A DNA stretch of 64,000 nt from Spirochaetia bacterium (GTDB lineage: Bacteria > Spirochaetota > Spirochaetia > CAKZLE01): positions 2,784,001-2,848,000 of the forward strand of contig OY782041.1 of assembly GCA_963677595.1 (NCBI GenBank), given 5' to 3'. Below are positions 37,041 through 46,797 of this stretch, piece by piece. A model generated the notes under the pieces. It was not told where the DNA came from and searched no databases. It saw nothing but the letters and a program-made list of their open reading frames with translations. Both the position numbers and the translations under genes were made by a program. The stretch's first letter is position 1, and every line of letters starts with the position of its first letter.

Positions 37041-37526
37041 ATGGCTTCAGAAGTCGTTGAGAACCAGACAAAGAGATCTCAGAGCAAGGACTCATTCCGC
37101 ATGACGCTGCCGAGGAAACTGATCCTCCAGTGCCTCCGGGAAGCCGAGAACTACCTCACTGCTGATGACATCTTCGTTGCCCTCTACCCCGAATACCCGG
37201 GAATAGGCCTGGCGACCATCTACCGGACCCTCAACCTGCTTGAGGAGTATGAGATGATCAACAAGGTCAATCTCGGGGACGGGAAGGCCCGTTTCGCCCT
37301 TACCGAGGAGGAGGAGGCAGCCCGCAACTACCACCAGCTGATCTGCAAGCGTTGTTTCAAGGTGATCAAGATCGATGAGTTCTCAGAATCGGAGATCGAC
37401 TGCTTCTCCTCCGTCGAGCAGCAGTATGCTGAGCAGTTCAATTTCACCATCGAGAGTCATATCGTCCAGTACTACGGGGTCTGCGAGGAGTGCGCTGCCA
37501 AGGCGCTCCAAGAGGATGAGGAATAG
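37041..37526 (+). CDS. Fur-family transcriptional regulator
   Basis: RMTLPRKLIL, IGLATIYRTLNLL, HQLICKRC...GVCEEC. Confidence 0.92.
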   Translation: MASEVVENQTKRSQSKDSFRMTLPRKLILQCLREAENYLTADDIFVALYPEYPGIGLATIYRTLNLLEEYEMINKVNLGDGKARFALTEEEEAARNYHQLICKRCFKVIKIDEFSESEIDCFSSVEQQYAEQFNFTIESHIVQYYGVCEECAAKALQEDEE

Positions 37527-37718
37527 CTGACCCCCTGCTAAAGATTACAAAAATAGTAAACTTTATCCTGAAAGTGTGACAGTCTGGTTAATTCTGATTG
37601 AATAATTATGCAGGAATCTGTATAACTAAATATGGCATGTAGAGGAAAAATCCATTATTCGGCAGGGTTGATCCTCTTCAAGCATCATAGAACGATACTA
37701 AACAATGGAGGGTTTATC

Positions 37719-38951
37719 GTGAAAAAAAGTCTAGCTTTCTTATTGATTCTGATCCTGGCTGCAGGTTCCCTGTTTGTCTCATGTCAGAAGGAAGAGGCTG
37801 CTGAAGCAACTGCTGCTCCAAAAGCCGAGGCCACCGCTGCCGCCCCGGCTGTGGTGAAAGCTCCTACAGCAAAAGTAGGGTTCATCGGACCGATGACCGG
37901 CGACTATGCCAACTATGGTACCCTGATGTCCCAGGCTGTCCGTCTCGCTGCTGAAGAGAGGAACGCAAAGAATGGTGCTGACGGGATCCAATATGATATT
38001 ATCGTAGAGGATTCTGAAGGAACTGTCGAGAAGGGCCAGGCTGCCATCGAGAAGCTCGCATCAGTAGACAAGGTGAACGGGATCATCGGAACCGTGTTCT
38101 CCGGTGTCGGGATCGCGATCGCACCCCGTGCGAACGCTGAGAAGATCGTCATGATCTCACCGTCCGGGACCCATGCAGACCTCACCGGCCTTGGTGAGTA
38201 TATCTTCAGGACCGTACCTTCCGATGCACTCCAGGCAGATGTTGCCGGTGCCTATATCGCGAATGTCATGGGCATCAAGAAGATGGCTGTCCTCTATGTG
38301 AAGAACGACTACAGCCAGGGACTCTATGAGTCCGTAGCTAAGGTGTTCGAGGCTAACGGCGGAGAGATCGTCGCTGTCGAGACTGCACTGCAAGGAGACA
38401 AGGACTTCAAGACCCAGCTGACCAAGATCAAGGCAACCGCTCCTGAGGCGATCTACATCCCCAACTATGTTGCAGAGATGGCTCAGATCCTCGAGCAGGC
38501 TGCCAACCTCGGTATCAACGCCCAGTTCATCAGTGCTGACGGATTCACCAACCCCGAGATCTTCGACCTCGCAGGAGACTTTACCAACGGCGTCATCTAT
38601 ACCGGACCGGTAGAGATCGCGGCTACCAGTGGAAGCGCTTCTTTCGTGAGCGACTATACCGCTAAATGGGGCGTGGAGCCGGACTCCTTCTCAAAGAACG
38701 CATATGATGGTGCGAACATCATCTTCGATGCTATTGAGAAAGCTTACGAGGCAAGCGGGGAGATCGATCCTGCAGCTGTACGTGATGCAGTCGCAGCGAC
38801 CCAGGACTATGCAGGCGTGTCAGGTGACATCAGCTTCGCATCCAATGGTGACCTCATCGCTGTCCAGGGTATCTTCGAGGTACAGAACCAGAAACCTGTA
38901 CAGATCGGCGTCTACTCAGTGGACGGTGGGAAACTCGTAGAGATCAAATAG
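37719..38951 (+). CDS. livK: Branched-chain amino-acid ABC solute-binding lipoprotein
   Basis: GFIGPMTGDYA, FRTVPSDALQ, NDYSQG, DFKTQLTKIK; SD GGAGG before GTG; lipobox-like FVSC. Confidence 0.85.
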   Translation: MKKSLAFLLILILAAGSLFVSCQKEEAAEATAAPKAEATAAAPAVVKAPTAKVGFIGPMTGDYANYGTLMSQAVRLAAEERNAKNGADGIQYDIIVEDSEGTVEKGQAAIEKLASVDKVNGIIGTVFSGVGIAIAPRANAEKIVMISPSGTHADLTGLGEYIFRTVPSDALQADVAGAYIANVMGIKKMAVLYVKNDYSQGLYESVAKVFEANGGEIVAVETALQGDKDFKTQLTKIKATAPEAIYIPNYVAEMAQILEQAANLGINAQFISADGFTNPEIFDLAGDFTNGVIYTGPVEIAATSGSASFVSDYTAKWGVEPDSFSKNAYDGANIIFDAIEKAYEASGEIDPAAVRDAVAATQDYAGVSGDISFASNGDLIAVQGIFEVQNQKPVQIGVYSVDGGKLVEIK

Positions 38952-38978
38952 TCTTTCGGGACTGAGAGAAACGTATCG

Positions 38979-39003
38979 GAAGCCCTGGGTATACCGGGGC
39001 TTC
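38979..39003 (+). other. Intercistronic hairpin
   Basis: GAAGCCCTGG-gtata-CCGGGGCTTC. Confidence 0.5.
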
Positions 39004-39018
39004 TGCCATACTGTTATC

Positions 39019-39054
39019 CGTAGAGACGGTACAGGTCCCTGTGCCGTCTCTACG
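39019..39054. repeat. GTAG-type REP-like palindrome
   Basis: CGTAGAGACGGTACAG-gtcc-CTGTGCCGTCTCTACG. Confidence 0.6.
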
Positions 39055-39127
39055 CATAATTGTGCAGGTGTAAGAAAATAATTCGTTCGGGCAGCAGGAC
39101 CATCCTGTTGCGGATAAGGAGGATGTT

Positions 39128-40048
39128 TTGGGTTCAATCTCAGAAGTTCTGCAGCATTTCCTCAACGGGCTGACGCTCGGGGGCATCTATGCGCTGATTG
39201 CTCTCGGGTATACCATGGTCTACGGTATTCTCAAGTTCATCAACTTCGCGCATGGAGAGATCCTCATGGTCGGCGCCTATGTCGGGATGTTCGCGTTCGA
39301 TTTCCTGCGGGGCGACATGCCCTACGGCCCCCTGATGATGGTGGTCTTCTTCATAGCGATGATCATCGCCATGTTCATCAGCGCGCTGCTGGGGATGACG
39401 ATCGAGAAGATCGCCTACAAGCCGCTGCGTAAGGCGACACGGCTCGCCCCGCTGCTGAGCGCGATCGGTGTCTCGTTCATCCTGAGCAACCTGGCAGCCT
39501 TCATCTGGGGTACGAAGTCACGGAAGTTCTCCTATCCCTTCGACAACACATCGTTCGATGTCGGCGGGGTGGCGATCACGCCGCACCAGATCCTGGTGGT
39601 CATCGTGTCGTTCGTGCTCATGATCGCGCTGAAGCTCTATGTCGACAAGACCCGAATGGGCAAGGCGATGAGGGCGACCTCCCTTGACCAGGATGTCGCG
39701 GCCCTCATGGGGATCGACGTCAACCGGGTCATCTCGCTGACTTTTGCCATCGGCTCGGGCCTCGCAGCCACTGCGGGGATCCTCGTGGCCCTCGACTTCA
39801 AGGTCTACCCGACCATGGGAGCCATGGCAGGGCTGAAGGCCTTCGTCGCGGCGGTCGTGGGCGGCATCGGGAACATCACCGGCGCCATGATCGGGGGGAT
39901 CCTGCTCGGGCTCCTCGAGACGTTCGGCGTCGTGGCACTCGGCATCCCGCAGGGACTCAAGGACACGATCGCCTTCGGCATCCTCATCGTCATCCTGCTG
40001 GTAAAGCCGGAAGGTCTGCTCGGAAAGGCAGAAAGGGAGAAGGTGTAG
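39128..40048 (+). CDS. livH: Branched-chain amino-acid ABC permease
   Basis: NGLTLGGIYALIALGYTMVYGILKFINFAHGE. Confidence 0.93.
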   Translation: MGSISEVLQHFLNGLTLGGIYALIALGYTMVYGILKFINFAHGEILMVGAYVGMFAFDFLRGDMPYGPLMMVVFFIAMIIAMFISALLGMTIEKIAYKPLRKATRLAPLLSAIGVSFILSNLAAFIWGTKSRKFSYPFDNTSFDVGGVAITPHQILVVIVSFVLMIALKLYVDKTRMGKAMRATSLDQDVAALMGIDVNRVISLTFAIGSGLAATAGILVALDFKVYPTMGAMAGLKAFVAAVVGGIGNITGAMIGGILLGLLETFGVVALGIPQGLKDTIAFGILIVILLVKPEGLLGKAEREKV

Positions 40049-40049
40049 T

Positions 40050-40976
40050 ATGTTCAATTTTCTCTTACTGATCCTGATCTATACAGGTCTCTATGCCCTG
40101 CTCTCGCTGGGGCAGAACATCATAACGGGATTCACCGGGCTGCTCTCCTTGTGTGCAGCAGGGTTCTTCGCCATCGGCTCCTACGTCACGGCGATCCTCA
40201 CGGTGAACTTCGGCTGGAACTTCTGGCTGACCATCCCGCTCGCCGGTCTCCTCGCCGCATTCTCCGGGGTCCTCATCGGGCTCCCGACCCTGCGGCTGAA
40301 GGGGGACTACCTGGCGATCGCGACCCTCGGGTTCGGGGAGATCATCAGGAACGTCATCCTCAACTGGGACGCCCTCACACGGGGCCCGATGGGGATCAAC
40401 GGCATCCCGATGCCCTCGATCTTCGGGCTGGTCATCAACCCCTACCGGAAGTACGGCTTCCTCGTCTTAGTCTGGGCCTTCGTCATCATCTTCTACTTCC
40501 TGCTCAAGCGGCTGACCCGCTCAAGGATGGGTCGTGCACTCGAAGCGATCCGCGAGGATGAGATCGCGGCCTATGCCATGGGGATCAACACGACGAAGTA
40601 CAAGGTCTGGGCCTTCATGGTCGGGGCCTTCGTCTCAGGCTGTGCAGGTTCCCTGCAGGCTGCCTTCACCCTGTCGGTGACACCGAACACCTATACCTTC
40701 ATGGTATCGGTCATGGTGCTCTGCATGGTCGTCCTCGGCGGCATGGGGAACCATCTTGCCGTCATCTTCGGGGCACTGATCATCCAGCTCGCTGCCGAGT
40801 TCCCGAGGCTCCTCGGGATATCGAGCACCGTGCCGCCGCAGTTCAAGCAGATCGTCTTCGGTCTGATCCTCGTCATCATGATGATCTATCGGCCGCAGGG
40901 ACTCATCGGGCGAAAGAAGGTGAACTATGACAGCAATGCCCCTGACGATACGTCCGGCAAGAGTGAGGTGAAGTAG
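40050..40976 (+). CDS. livM: Branched-chain amino-acid ABC permease
   Basis: LRLKGDYLAIATLGFGEI, GRALEAIREDEIAA. Confidence 0.93.
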   Translation: MFNFLLLILIYTGLYALLSLGQNIITGFTGLLSLCAAGFFAIGSYVTAILTVNFGWNFWLTIPLAGLLAAFSGVLIGLPTLRLKGDYLAIATLGFGEIIRNVILNWDALTRGPMGINGIPMPSIFGLVINPYRKYGFLVLVWAFVIIFYFLLKRLTRSRMGRALEAIREDEIAAYAMGINTTKYKVWAFMVGAFVSGCAGSLQAAFTLSVTPNTYTFMVSVMVLCMVVLGGMGNHLAVIFGALIIQLAAEFPRLLGISSTVPPQFKQIVFGLILVIMMIYRPQGLIGRKKVNYDSNAPDDTSGKSEVK

Positions 40977-41753
40977 ATGAGTCTGTTATATACCAAGCAG
41001 CTTACGAGGGCGTTCGGCGGGGTCATCGCCGTATCGGATGTCGACTTCGCCGTGGAGAAACACTCCATCAGCGGCCTGATCGGGCCGAACGGGGCAGGGA
41101 AGACGACCCTCTTCAACAACGTGACGGGCATGGACATCCCCACATCAGGGACAGTCTATTTCAATGATAAGGATATCACGGGGGTGCCGGCATTCAAGAT
41201 CAGCCGTCTCGGCATCGCGAGGACGTTCCAGAACATCAGGCTCTTCAAGGAGATGTCGGTACTGGAGAACGTCATGATCGGCCGGCACTTCAAGTCAGGC
41301 AAGTCCATGATACACGGCAGGACGATGAATGCCCTGACGAGCTACCTCAAGATGGGAGCCGAGGAGAAGGCGGTCTATGACAAGTCACGGGAGTGGCTCG
41401 AGTTCTTCGCGCTGGACAGGGTTCGGAACGAGTCAGCGAAGAACCTCCCCTACGGGAACCAGCGGGAGCTGGAGATCGCCCGGGCGATGGCGACAGAGCC
41501 GGAGCTCCTCTTCCTCGACGAGCCGGCTGCGGGGATGAACCCGCAGGAGACCGAACAGCTGATGAGGACCATCAGGAGGATCAGGGACCTCGGGGTCACC
41601 GTCCTCCTGATCGAGCATGACATGAAGCTGGTCATGAACATCTGTGAGCAGATCACGGTGCTGAACTACGGCAAGAAGATCGCAGAGGGTACGGCTGCTG
41701 AGATCCAGCAGAACCCGCTGGTCATCGAAGCCTACCTGGGGAAGGAAGACTGA
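40977..41753 (+). CDS. livG: Branched-chain amino-acid ABC ATPase
   Basis: GPNGAGKT, ARTFQNIRLF, LPYG, LDEPAAGMNP. Confidence 0.94.
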   Translation: MSLLYTKQLTRAFGGVIAVSDVDFAVEKHSISGLIGPNGAGKTTLFNNVTGMDIPTSGTVYFNDKDITGVPAFKISRLGIARTFQNIRLFKEMSVLENVMIGRHFKSGKSMIHGRTMNALTSYLKMGAEEKAVYDKSREWLEFFALDRVRNESAKNLPYGNQRELEIARAMATEPELLFLDEPAAGMNPQETEQLMRTIRRIRDLGVTVLLIEHDMKLVMNICEQITVLNYGKKIAEGTAAEIQQNPLVIEAYLGKED

Positions 41754-42520
41754 TGAGCGAACTATTGACAATCGATTCCATAGCCGTGAAATACGGCAAC
41801 ATACAGGCCCTCCACGACGTCTCCATGAAGGTCGACGAGGGGGACATCGTATGCCTGATCGGGGCGAACGGGGCAGGGAAGTCCACCCTGCTGAAGGCCA
41901 TCGTCGGGCTGGAGCCGCTGGTGAACGGTTCGATCACCTTCGAGGACACCGTGATCGCCAAGAAACGTGCCGAGGCGAAGAAACGTTTCGGCTTCACCCG
42001 CTCGCATGATATACTGACTACTGACAGGATCGCCGAGATGGGCATAGCGCTCGTCCCGGAAGGACGCCGGGTCTTCACCGACATGACCGTAGAGGAGAAC
42101 CTTGACATGGGTGCCTTCATGATACGTGACGAGAAGGTCGTCGCGAGGAAGAAGGAGGAGATGTTCGAGTTCTTCCCCATCCTGAAGAGCAGGCGGAAGC
42201 AGAAGACCCGTTCGCTCTCAGGGGGCGAGCAGCAGATGATGGCTATCGCCAGGGCGCTCATGAGCTCCCCGAGGCTGCTGCTCCTTGATGAACCGGGGCT
42301 CGGGCTCGCCCCGCTGATCATCCAGGATATCTTCCAGAAGATCGACCTGATCAACCGGGAAGATAAGGTGACGGTCTTCCTCGTGGAGCAGAATGCGAAG
42401 ATCGCATTGAAGGCCTCCACCCAGGGGTATGTCATGGAGAACGGCAGGATCGTCCTCTCCGGGAAGAGTGATGACCTGCTGGAGAACAGCAAGGTCCGCG
42501 CCGCGTACCTTGGGGAATAG
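41753..42520 (+). CDS. livF: Branched-chain amino-acid ABC ATPase
   Basis: GANGAGKS, VPEGRRVF, LSGGEQQM, VEQNA. Confidence 0.94.
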   Translation: MSELLTIDSIAVKYGNIQALHDVSMKVDEGDIVCLIGANGAGKSTLLKAIVGLEPLVNGSITFEDTVIAKKRAEAKKRFGFTRSHDILTTDRIAEMGIALVPEGRRVFTDMTVEENLDMGAFMIRDEKVVARKKEEMFEFFPILKSRRKQKTRSLSGGEQQMMAIARALMSSPRLLLLDEPGLGLAPLIIQDIFQKIDLINREDKVTVFLVEQNAKIALKASTQGYVMENGRIVLSGKSDDLLENSKVRAAYLGE

Positions 42521-42555
42521 CTGTCGTATTCAACTTGTGTTAGACGGAGGTTACC

Positions 42556-43200
42556 ATGATCGTTGAACGTAGGATGACGAAGAATCCTGTCACCATCAGA
42601 CAGGATCTCCCGATCACAGAAGCACAGAGGCTCATGAGGCAGGAGAAGATCCACCGCCTCCCGGTCCTCGATAAGCATAACCGCCTTGTCGGTATCGTCA
42701 CCGAGAAGGATCTCCTCTATGCATCACCCTCACCGGCGAGCACGCTTGATGTCTATGAGCTGAACTACCTGCTGTCTAAGCTGACGGTGGGGAAGGTGAT
42801 GTCCTCCCCGGTGATCACTGTGTCGCCCGACACCGTGATCGAGGAGGCAGCACGGGTCATGGCCGACAATGACATCGGCGGGCTCACGGTCGTCTCAGAT
42901 GAGAAGGTGGTGGGAATCATCACCGAGTCTGACATCTTCAAGGTCTTCATCGAGCTCTTCGGCGCACGGGAGACGGGACTGCGCATCAGCATGCTCGTGC
43001 CCTCCGACCCGGGAGAGCTCTCGAAGCTGGCGACAGCCGTCTACGGGGCCGGCGGCAACATCATCTCCTTCGGCTCCTTCCTCGGCACAGACTCGACGAA
43101 CCAGCTGTGTGCCATGAAGGTCTCCGGGCTGGAGAAGGACGAGCTGCTGAAGATCCTCAGGCCTGTCACGATAGAGATCGAGGATATCAGGGAAGTCTAG
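42556..43200 (+). CDS. AcuB-like CBS-pair + ACT protein
   Basis: Two CBS domains (LVGIVTEKDL, VVGIITESDIF) and C-terminal ACT (PGEL...GGNIIS). Confidence 0.88.
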   Translation: MIVERRMTKNPVTIRQDLPITEAQRLMRQEKIHRLPVLDKHNRLVGIVTEKDLLYASPSPASTLDVYELNYLLSKLTVGKVMSSPVITVSPDTVIEEAARVMADNDIGGLTVVSDEKVVGIITESDIFKVFIELFGARETGLRISMLVPSDPGELSKLATAVYGAGGNIISFGSFLGTDSTNQLCAMKVSGLEKDELLKILRPVTIEIEDIREV

Positions 43201-43605
43201 GTGGATTTCGGCAAGATCCTCGAGGAGTGGGAATCCGAGCATGCCGGGGCGGCGGTCGATGACGGCCGTTCCCATAAGAGTGAACACTCTTTCTCAGGTC
43301 CCACGGTCTCCGAACTGAAGAGGATGGCACCCCAGCGCACGCTCGACCTCCACGGGTATACAGCCGAGGAGGCGCGTACTGCGGTGATGGCCTTCCTCTC
43401 CTCAGCGGGGAAGGGCGGGCTCCACAAGGTGATGATCGTCCATGGGAAGGGGTACCATTCGAAGGGCGGCAGGCCGGTGCTCCAGCAGGTGGTCTATGAG
43501 TGCCTCGATGCCTCACCCTATGCGGGAAAGCGCGGGGTCCCCTCGCGGGAACTCGGGGGAAGCGGGGCTGTCTGGGTGGCCATCAAAAAACCCGCTGTCT
43601 CGTGA
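43201..43605 (+). CDS. Smr/MutS2 C-terminal domain protein
   Basis: TLDLHGYT, IVHGKGYHS, GGSGAVWV. Confidence 0.9.
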   Translation: MDFGKILEEWESEHAGAAVDDGRSHKSEHSFSGPTVSELKRMAPQRTLDLHGYTAEEARTAVMAFLSSAGKGGLHKVMIVHGKGYHSKGGRPVLQQVVYECLDASPYAGKRGVPSRELGGSGAVWVAIKKPAVS

Positions 43606-43642
43606 ACAGCGGGATCGTGTTTCAGCATGAACTGATCAAAGG

Positions 43643-43861
43643 CTATCGTTCCCGATAGATGATCCTTCCTCGAGTAAGATCGTAAGGAGAGAGGGCGACC
43701 CTGACTTTATCACCGGGCACGATCCTGATGTAGTGTTTTCTCATCTTGCCTGAAAGGTGAGCCAGAATGAGATGCCCATTCTGGAGCTCGACACGGAACA
43801 TCGTGTTTGGCAAGGACTCCTTGACGATACCTTCTACTTCAATAGCTTCTTCTTTAGCCAC
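43643..43861 (-). CDS. infA: Translation initiation factor IF-1
   Basis: [11 protein letters not shown]...[10 protein letters not shown]...[15 protein letters not shown]...[10 protein letters not shown]. Confidence 0.98.
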   Translation of the reverse strand: MAKEEAIEVEGIVKESLPNTMFRVELQNGHLILAHLSGKMRKHYIRIVPGDKVRVALSPYDLTRGRIIYRER

Positions 43862-44075
43862 AATTCCTCCTGTGTGTCATGAGAGCGATACGCTCTTTTT
43901 CACAACACTGCAAATTTTATTGCCATCTCACTGTTTTGTCAACCGCAGGGAACCAATCGCGGCTATTGAGTAAAAAATCATTAATTATGGGCAAAACGAA
44001 CCTCCAATACTTGACAAGTATTAAGCAAAAGATATTAATAGGTCATAAAATATTTGTCTTAGCAGGAGGCTCTCC

Positions 44076-44444
44076 GTGGATAGTGCATTTGTAAAAGAGA
44101 TGGAAGCTAAGCTTATCGGTGCCCGTGAGGAGATACTGAAGAAGTTCATCTCTGAGAGTGAAGATTTCAAACGGATCGTCAATGGGTTGGAGTCCAAGGA
44201 TTTCGGGGACATCGCGGCTGATGATGTAGCGACCAAGAAACTGGAAGCGATCAACCGCCATGAGTCGATACGGCTGAAGCAGGTTGAAGCTGCTCTCGCC
44301 CGAATCAGGAACCACCGCTACGGCATATGTTTGCAGTGTGGCAAGAAGATACCGGAGGACAGGCTCAAGGCCATACCCTACGCGGTCCAGTGTATCGAAT
44401 GCCGGAATGAGCAGGAACGGGCGAACCGGAAAGTCCGGGCGTAG
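44076..44444 (+). CDS. dksA: DksA/TraR-family C4 zinc-finger protein
   Basis: Coiled-coil tip DFGDIA (DxxDxA), YGICLQCG...RLKAIP...CIEC. Confidence 0.85.
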   Translation: MDSAFVKEMEAKLIGAREEILKKFISESEDFKRIVNGLESKDFGDIAADDVATKKLEAINRHESIRLKQVEAALARIRNHRYGICLQCGKKIPEDRLKAIPYAVQCIECRNEQERANRKVRA

Positions 44445-44494
44445 CCTGTGAGAGCTTGTTGGATCGGGGGTGCTGAGTCTTCAGGCCCCGCGAT

Positions 44495-45151
44495 TCAGCG
44501 AATGAACGGGTTATGTGCCTTCTCGTACCCGATCGTCGTGGAGTCCCCGTGCCCGGGGTAGACGACCGTCCCCGCCGGAAGCGGCAGGAGCCGTTCCCTG
44601 ATGCTCCTGACCAGGGTCTCATGCGACCCGCCTGCGAAATCTGAACGTCCCACAGAATCCCTGAAGAGTGTATCCCCAGAGAAGAGGATCCCGGCAGACT
44701 CATCATAGAGACAGACCGAACCCGGCGTGTGCCCGGGGGTATGGATCACCTGCAGCGATGATCCGGAGACCGTATCCCCGTGTATGAAGGGGGAGGTCAC
44801 CTCAGGCAGCGACTCGAGACTCTCCCGCGCGTAGGAGAGCAGCTGCGGGATGAGGCTCCGCAGGTGTTCCTGCTGGTAGCGCTTCCCGCGCTCCCCCATG
44901 TACTCCCGCTCGGCTTCATGGGCATAGACCGGCAGGTCGCCGAAACGCCTGATGAGCTCGCCGCATGCGAGGATATGGTCAAAATGGGTATGGGTGAGGA
45001 TGATCGCGGCAGGCTGCAGCCCGCAGGCAAGGATCTCCCCCTCGATCGCAGCGGCCTCATCGGCCGGGTCTATGATGAAGAGGGATTCTCCGTCACTGCT
45101 GTAGAGGTAGCAGTTCGTCTGGAGCGGGCCCGATGGTATGGTCTTGACCAT
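44495..45151 (-). CDS. Metallo-beta-lactamase-fold hydrolase (glyoxalase II-like)
   Basis: THTHFDH, HTPGHTPG, FSGDTLF, YPGHG. Confidence 0.92.
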   Translation of the reverse strand: MVKTIPSGPLQTNCYLYSSDGESLFIIDPADEAAAIEGEILACGLQPAAIILTHTHFDHILACGELIRRFGDLPVYAHEAEREYMGERGKRYQQEHLRSLIPQLLSYARESLESLPEVTSPFIHGDTVSGSSLQVIHTPGHTPGSVCLYDESAGILFSGDTLFRDSVGRSDFAGGSHETLVRSIRERLLPLPAGTVVYPGHGDSTTIGYEKAHNPFIR

Positions 45152-45154
45152 TGC

Positions 45155-46708
45155 CTATTTCTTCGATCTCGCCGGGTTGACGACGAGTTCCTTCCCCTTG
45201 AACTGCTGGCCGTTGAGCTTCTCGATGATGAGTTCGGCAGATTCCTTCTTCACGGTGACGAAGGAGTAGTTGTCAAGTGCCTTGATCGCAAGGACCACAT
45301 CAGCCTCGAGACCGGTCTCGGTGGTGATAAGTTTCGTGAGGTCCTTCGGGTAGGCTCTTCGTGACCTGCCGATCCCGAAGAAGAGGGTAGCGCTCTCCTC
45401 CTCGGAGAAGTTCTGTGCCGGGGCCTCGGTTTTCCTTGCCCTACTCTTCGTCCTCGCGGGTTTGCCTGCCCCGGCAAGGTACTCCCTCAGGAGGTAGGCG
45501 GTGAGGTACCCTCTCCGGTAGAACGGTACTGATTTCTTGATCAGCCGTTTCAGGCTGTTGAGTTCTTCCGGGTTGGAGTCTTTCTCGATGGTCTCTATGA
45601 GCAGCTTGATCTTGCCTGCCATAACTTCTGCTGTTTCCGGTGTTTCGAAACGTGTACTCATGCTGTAATTCTCCTGAATTGGTATTACCGATGCGGCATC
45701 CTGAGCAGTATAGATGATATGGTGTGTTCCCGCAATAACGGGATTGATACTGCTCATCTGATTGATCCTTCTCTCCTCCATCGGCAGCCCTGCATACAGG
45801 ATATGGCCTGCTGCAGACGGTATCGTCGCTGATTCGGAGAGATGCTTGAGCGTGACTGAATAGAGTGTCTGGTTCTGTGCGAAGTAGGACTCGAGTTCTC
45901 GGTGGACCTTCGGATACGAGGTGATGACCTGCACCTCACTGATCCCCTGGGCATAGATGTAGTCTGATATGGCCTGAGGAGAGAGGCTCCCTGCCCGGTA
46001 GAGGACCACCAGACTGTCTGCCCTGAGTTGAGCGGAGGTGAGTACCGAGGCGCGTGGCATGGTCCCGCGGAACTCAGCGAGCCTTGCGGACCTGCCGGCG
46101 AACAGGAGCTTTCCCGCCTTGTTCGGGACCTTCTCGTTGATGTAGAGGAGGTCCTGGTCGAAGCTCTCGATATACCCGGAGTCATGGACCTGTGTCGGTT
46201 CCACGACACCGAACTGCCGGACTTTCGCCAGGGTCAGGTTCGCCCTCCGCACATGGTCGATGATCCTGCTCGGCGTACCGATGATGACTGGTGTCCTGCC
46301 CCTGAGGAGCTTGAGGTCAGCCCTGACATCCCCGGCTGAACCGAGGAGGACGGGGAGGTGCACACCTTCCCTGACCGGGTTGAGCCCGCTGATGAATGCC
46401 TGTGCGAGTGGGAGGTGCTCATCGGCGATGACCAGCACTCGGAGGGGTGCTTCCACGGGAGCGGAGGCGTTCGCCTTGCGGGCATGGGAGAGCAGGTACA
46501 TGAGTGCTGCGGTCACCTCATCCCCGGCGAAGTCGATCTCAATGATGGTGCTGCGCCGGCGGCTGCGGAGCGTATGCTCGGCAAAACTCTGTATGAGGCT
46601 GATGTTTGACTTGTATTGGATCTCATCGCACAGATTGAGAATCTGTCTTGTGATACCAGCTGATTGTTTTGACACTCTAATAACAGTTTCCGTATAGTCG
46701 TTTTTCAT
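45155..46708 (-). CDS. Degenerate DEAD-box-like protein with C-terminal DbpA RNA-binding domain
   Basis: IIGTPSRIIDH (motif Ib-like); C-terminal LFFGIGRSRRAYPKDL...DNYSFVTV...LNGQQFKGKELVVNPAR. Confidence 0.75.
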   Translation of the reverse strand: MKNDYTETVIRVSKQSAGITRQILNLCDEIQYKSNISLIQSFAEHTLRSRRRSTIIEIDFAGDEVTAALMYLLSHARKANASAPVEAPLRVLVIADEHLPLAQAFISGLNPVREGVHLPVLLGSAGDVRADLKLLRGRTPVIIGTPSRIIDHVRRANLTLAKVRQFGVVEPTQVHDSGYIESFDQDLLYINEKVPNKAGKLLFAGRSARLAEFRGTMPRASVLTSAQLRADSLVVLYRAGSLSPQAISDYIYAQGISEVQVITSYPKVHRELESYFAQNQTLYSVTLKHLSESATIPSAAGHILYAGLPMEERRINQMSSINPVIAGTHHIIYTAQDAASVIPIQENYSMSTRFETPETAEVMAGKIKLLIETIEKDSNPEELNSLKRLIKKSVPFYRRGYLTAYLLREYLAGAGKPARTKSRARKTEAPAQNFSEEESATLFFGIGRSRRAYPKDLTKLITTETGLEADVVLAIKALDNYSFVTVKKESAELIIEKLNGQQFKGKELVVNPARSKK

Positions 46709-46797
46709 AGGATATAAAGAGTAATCGGCTTTGTCAAGAAACCAGTTCTATGCTACTATGCATAATAGGTGTCACAGATGCTCTAACGGGAGATTCA

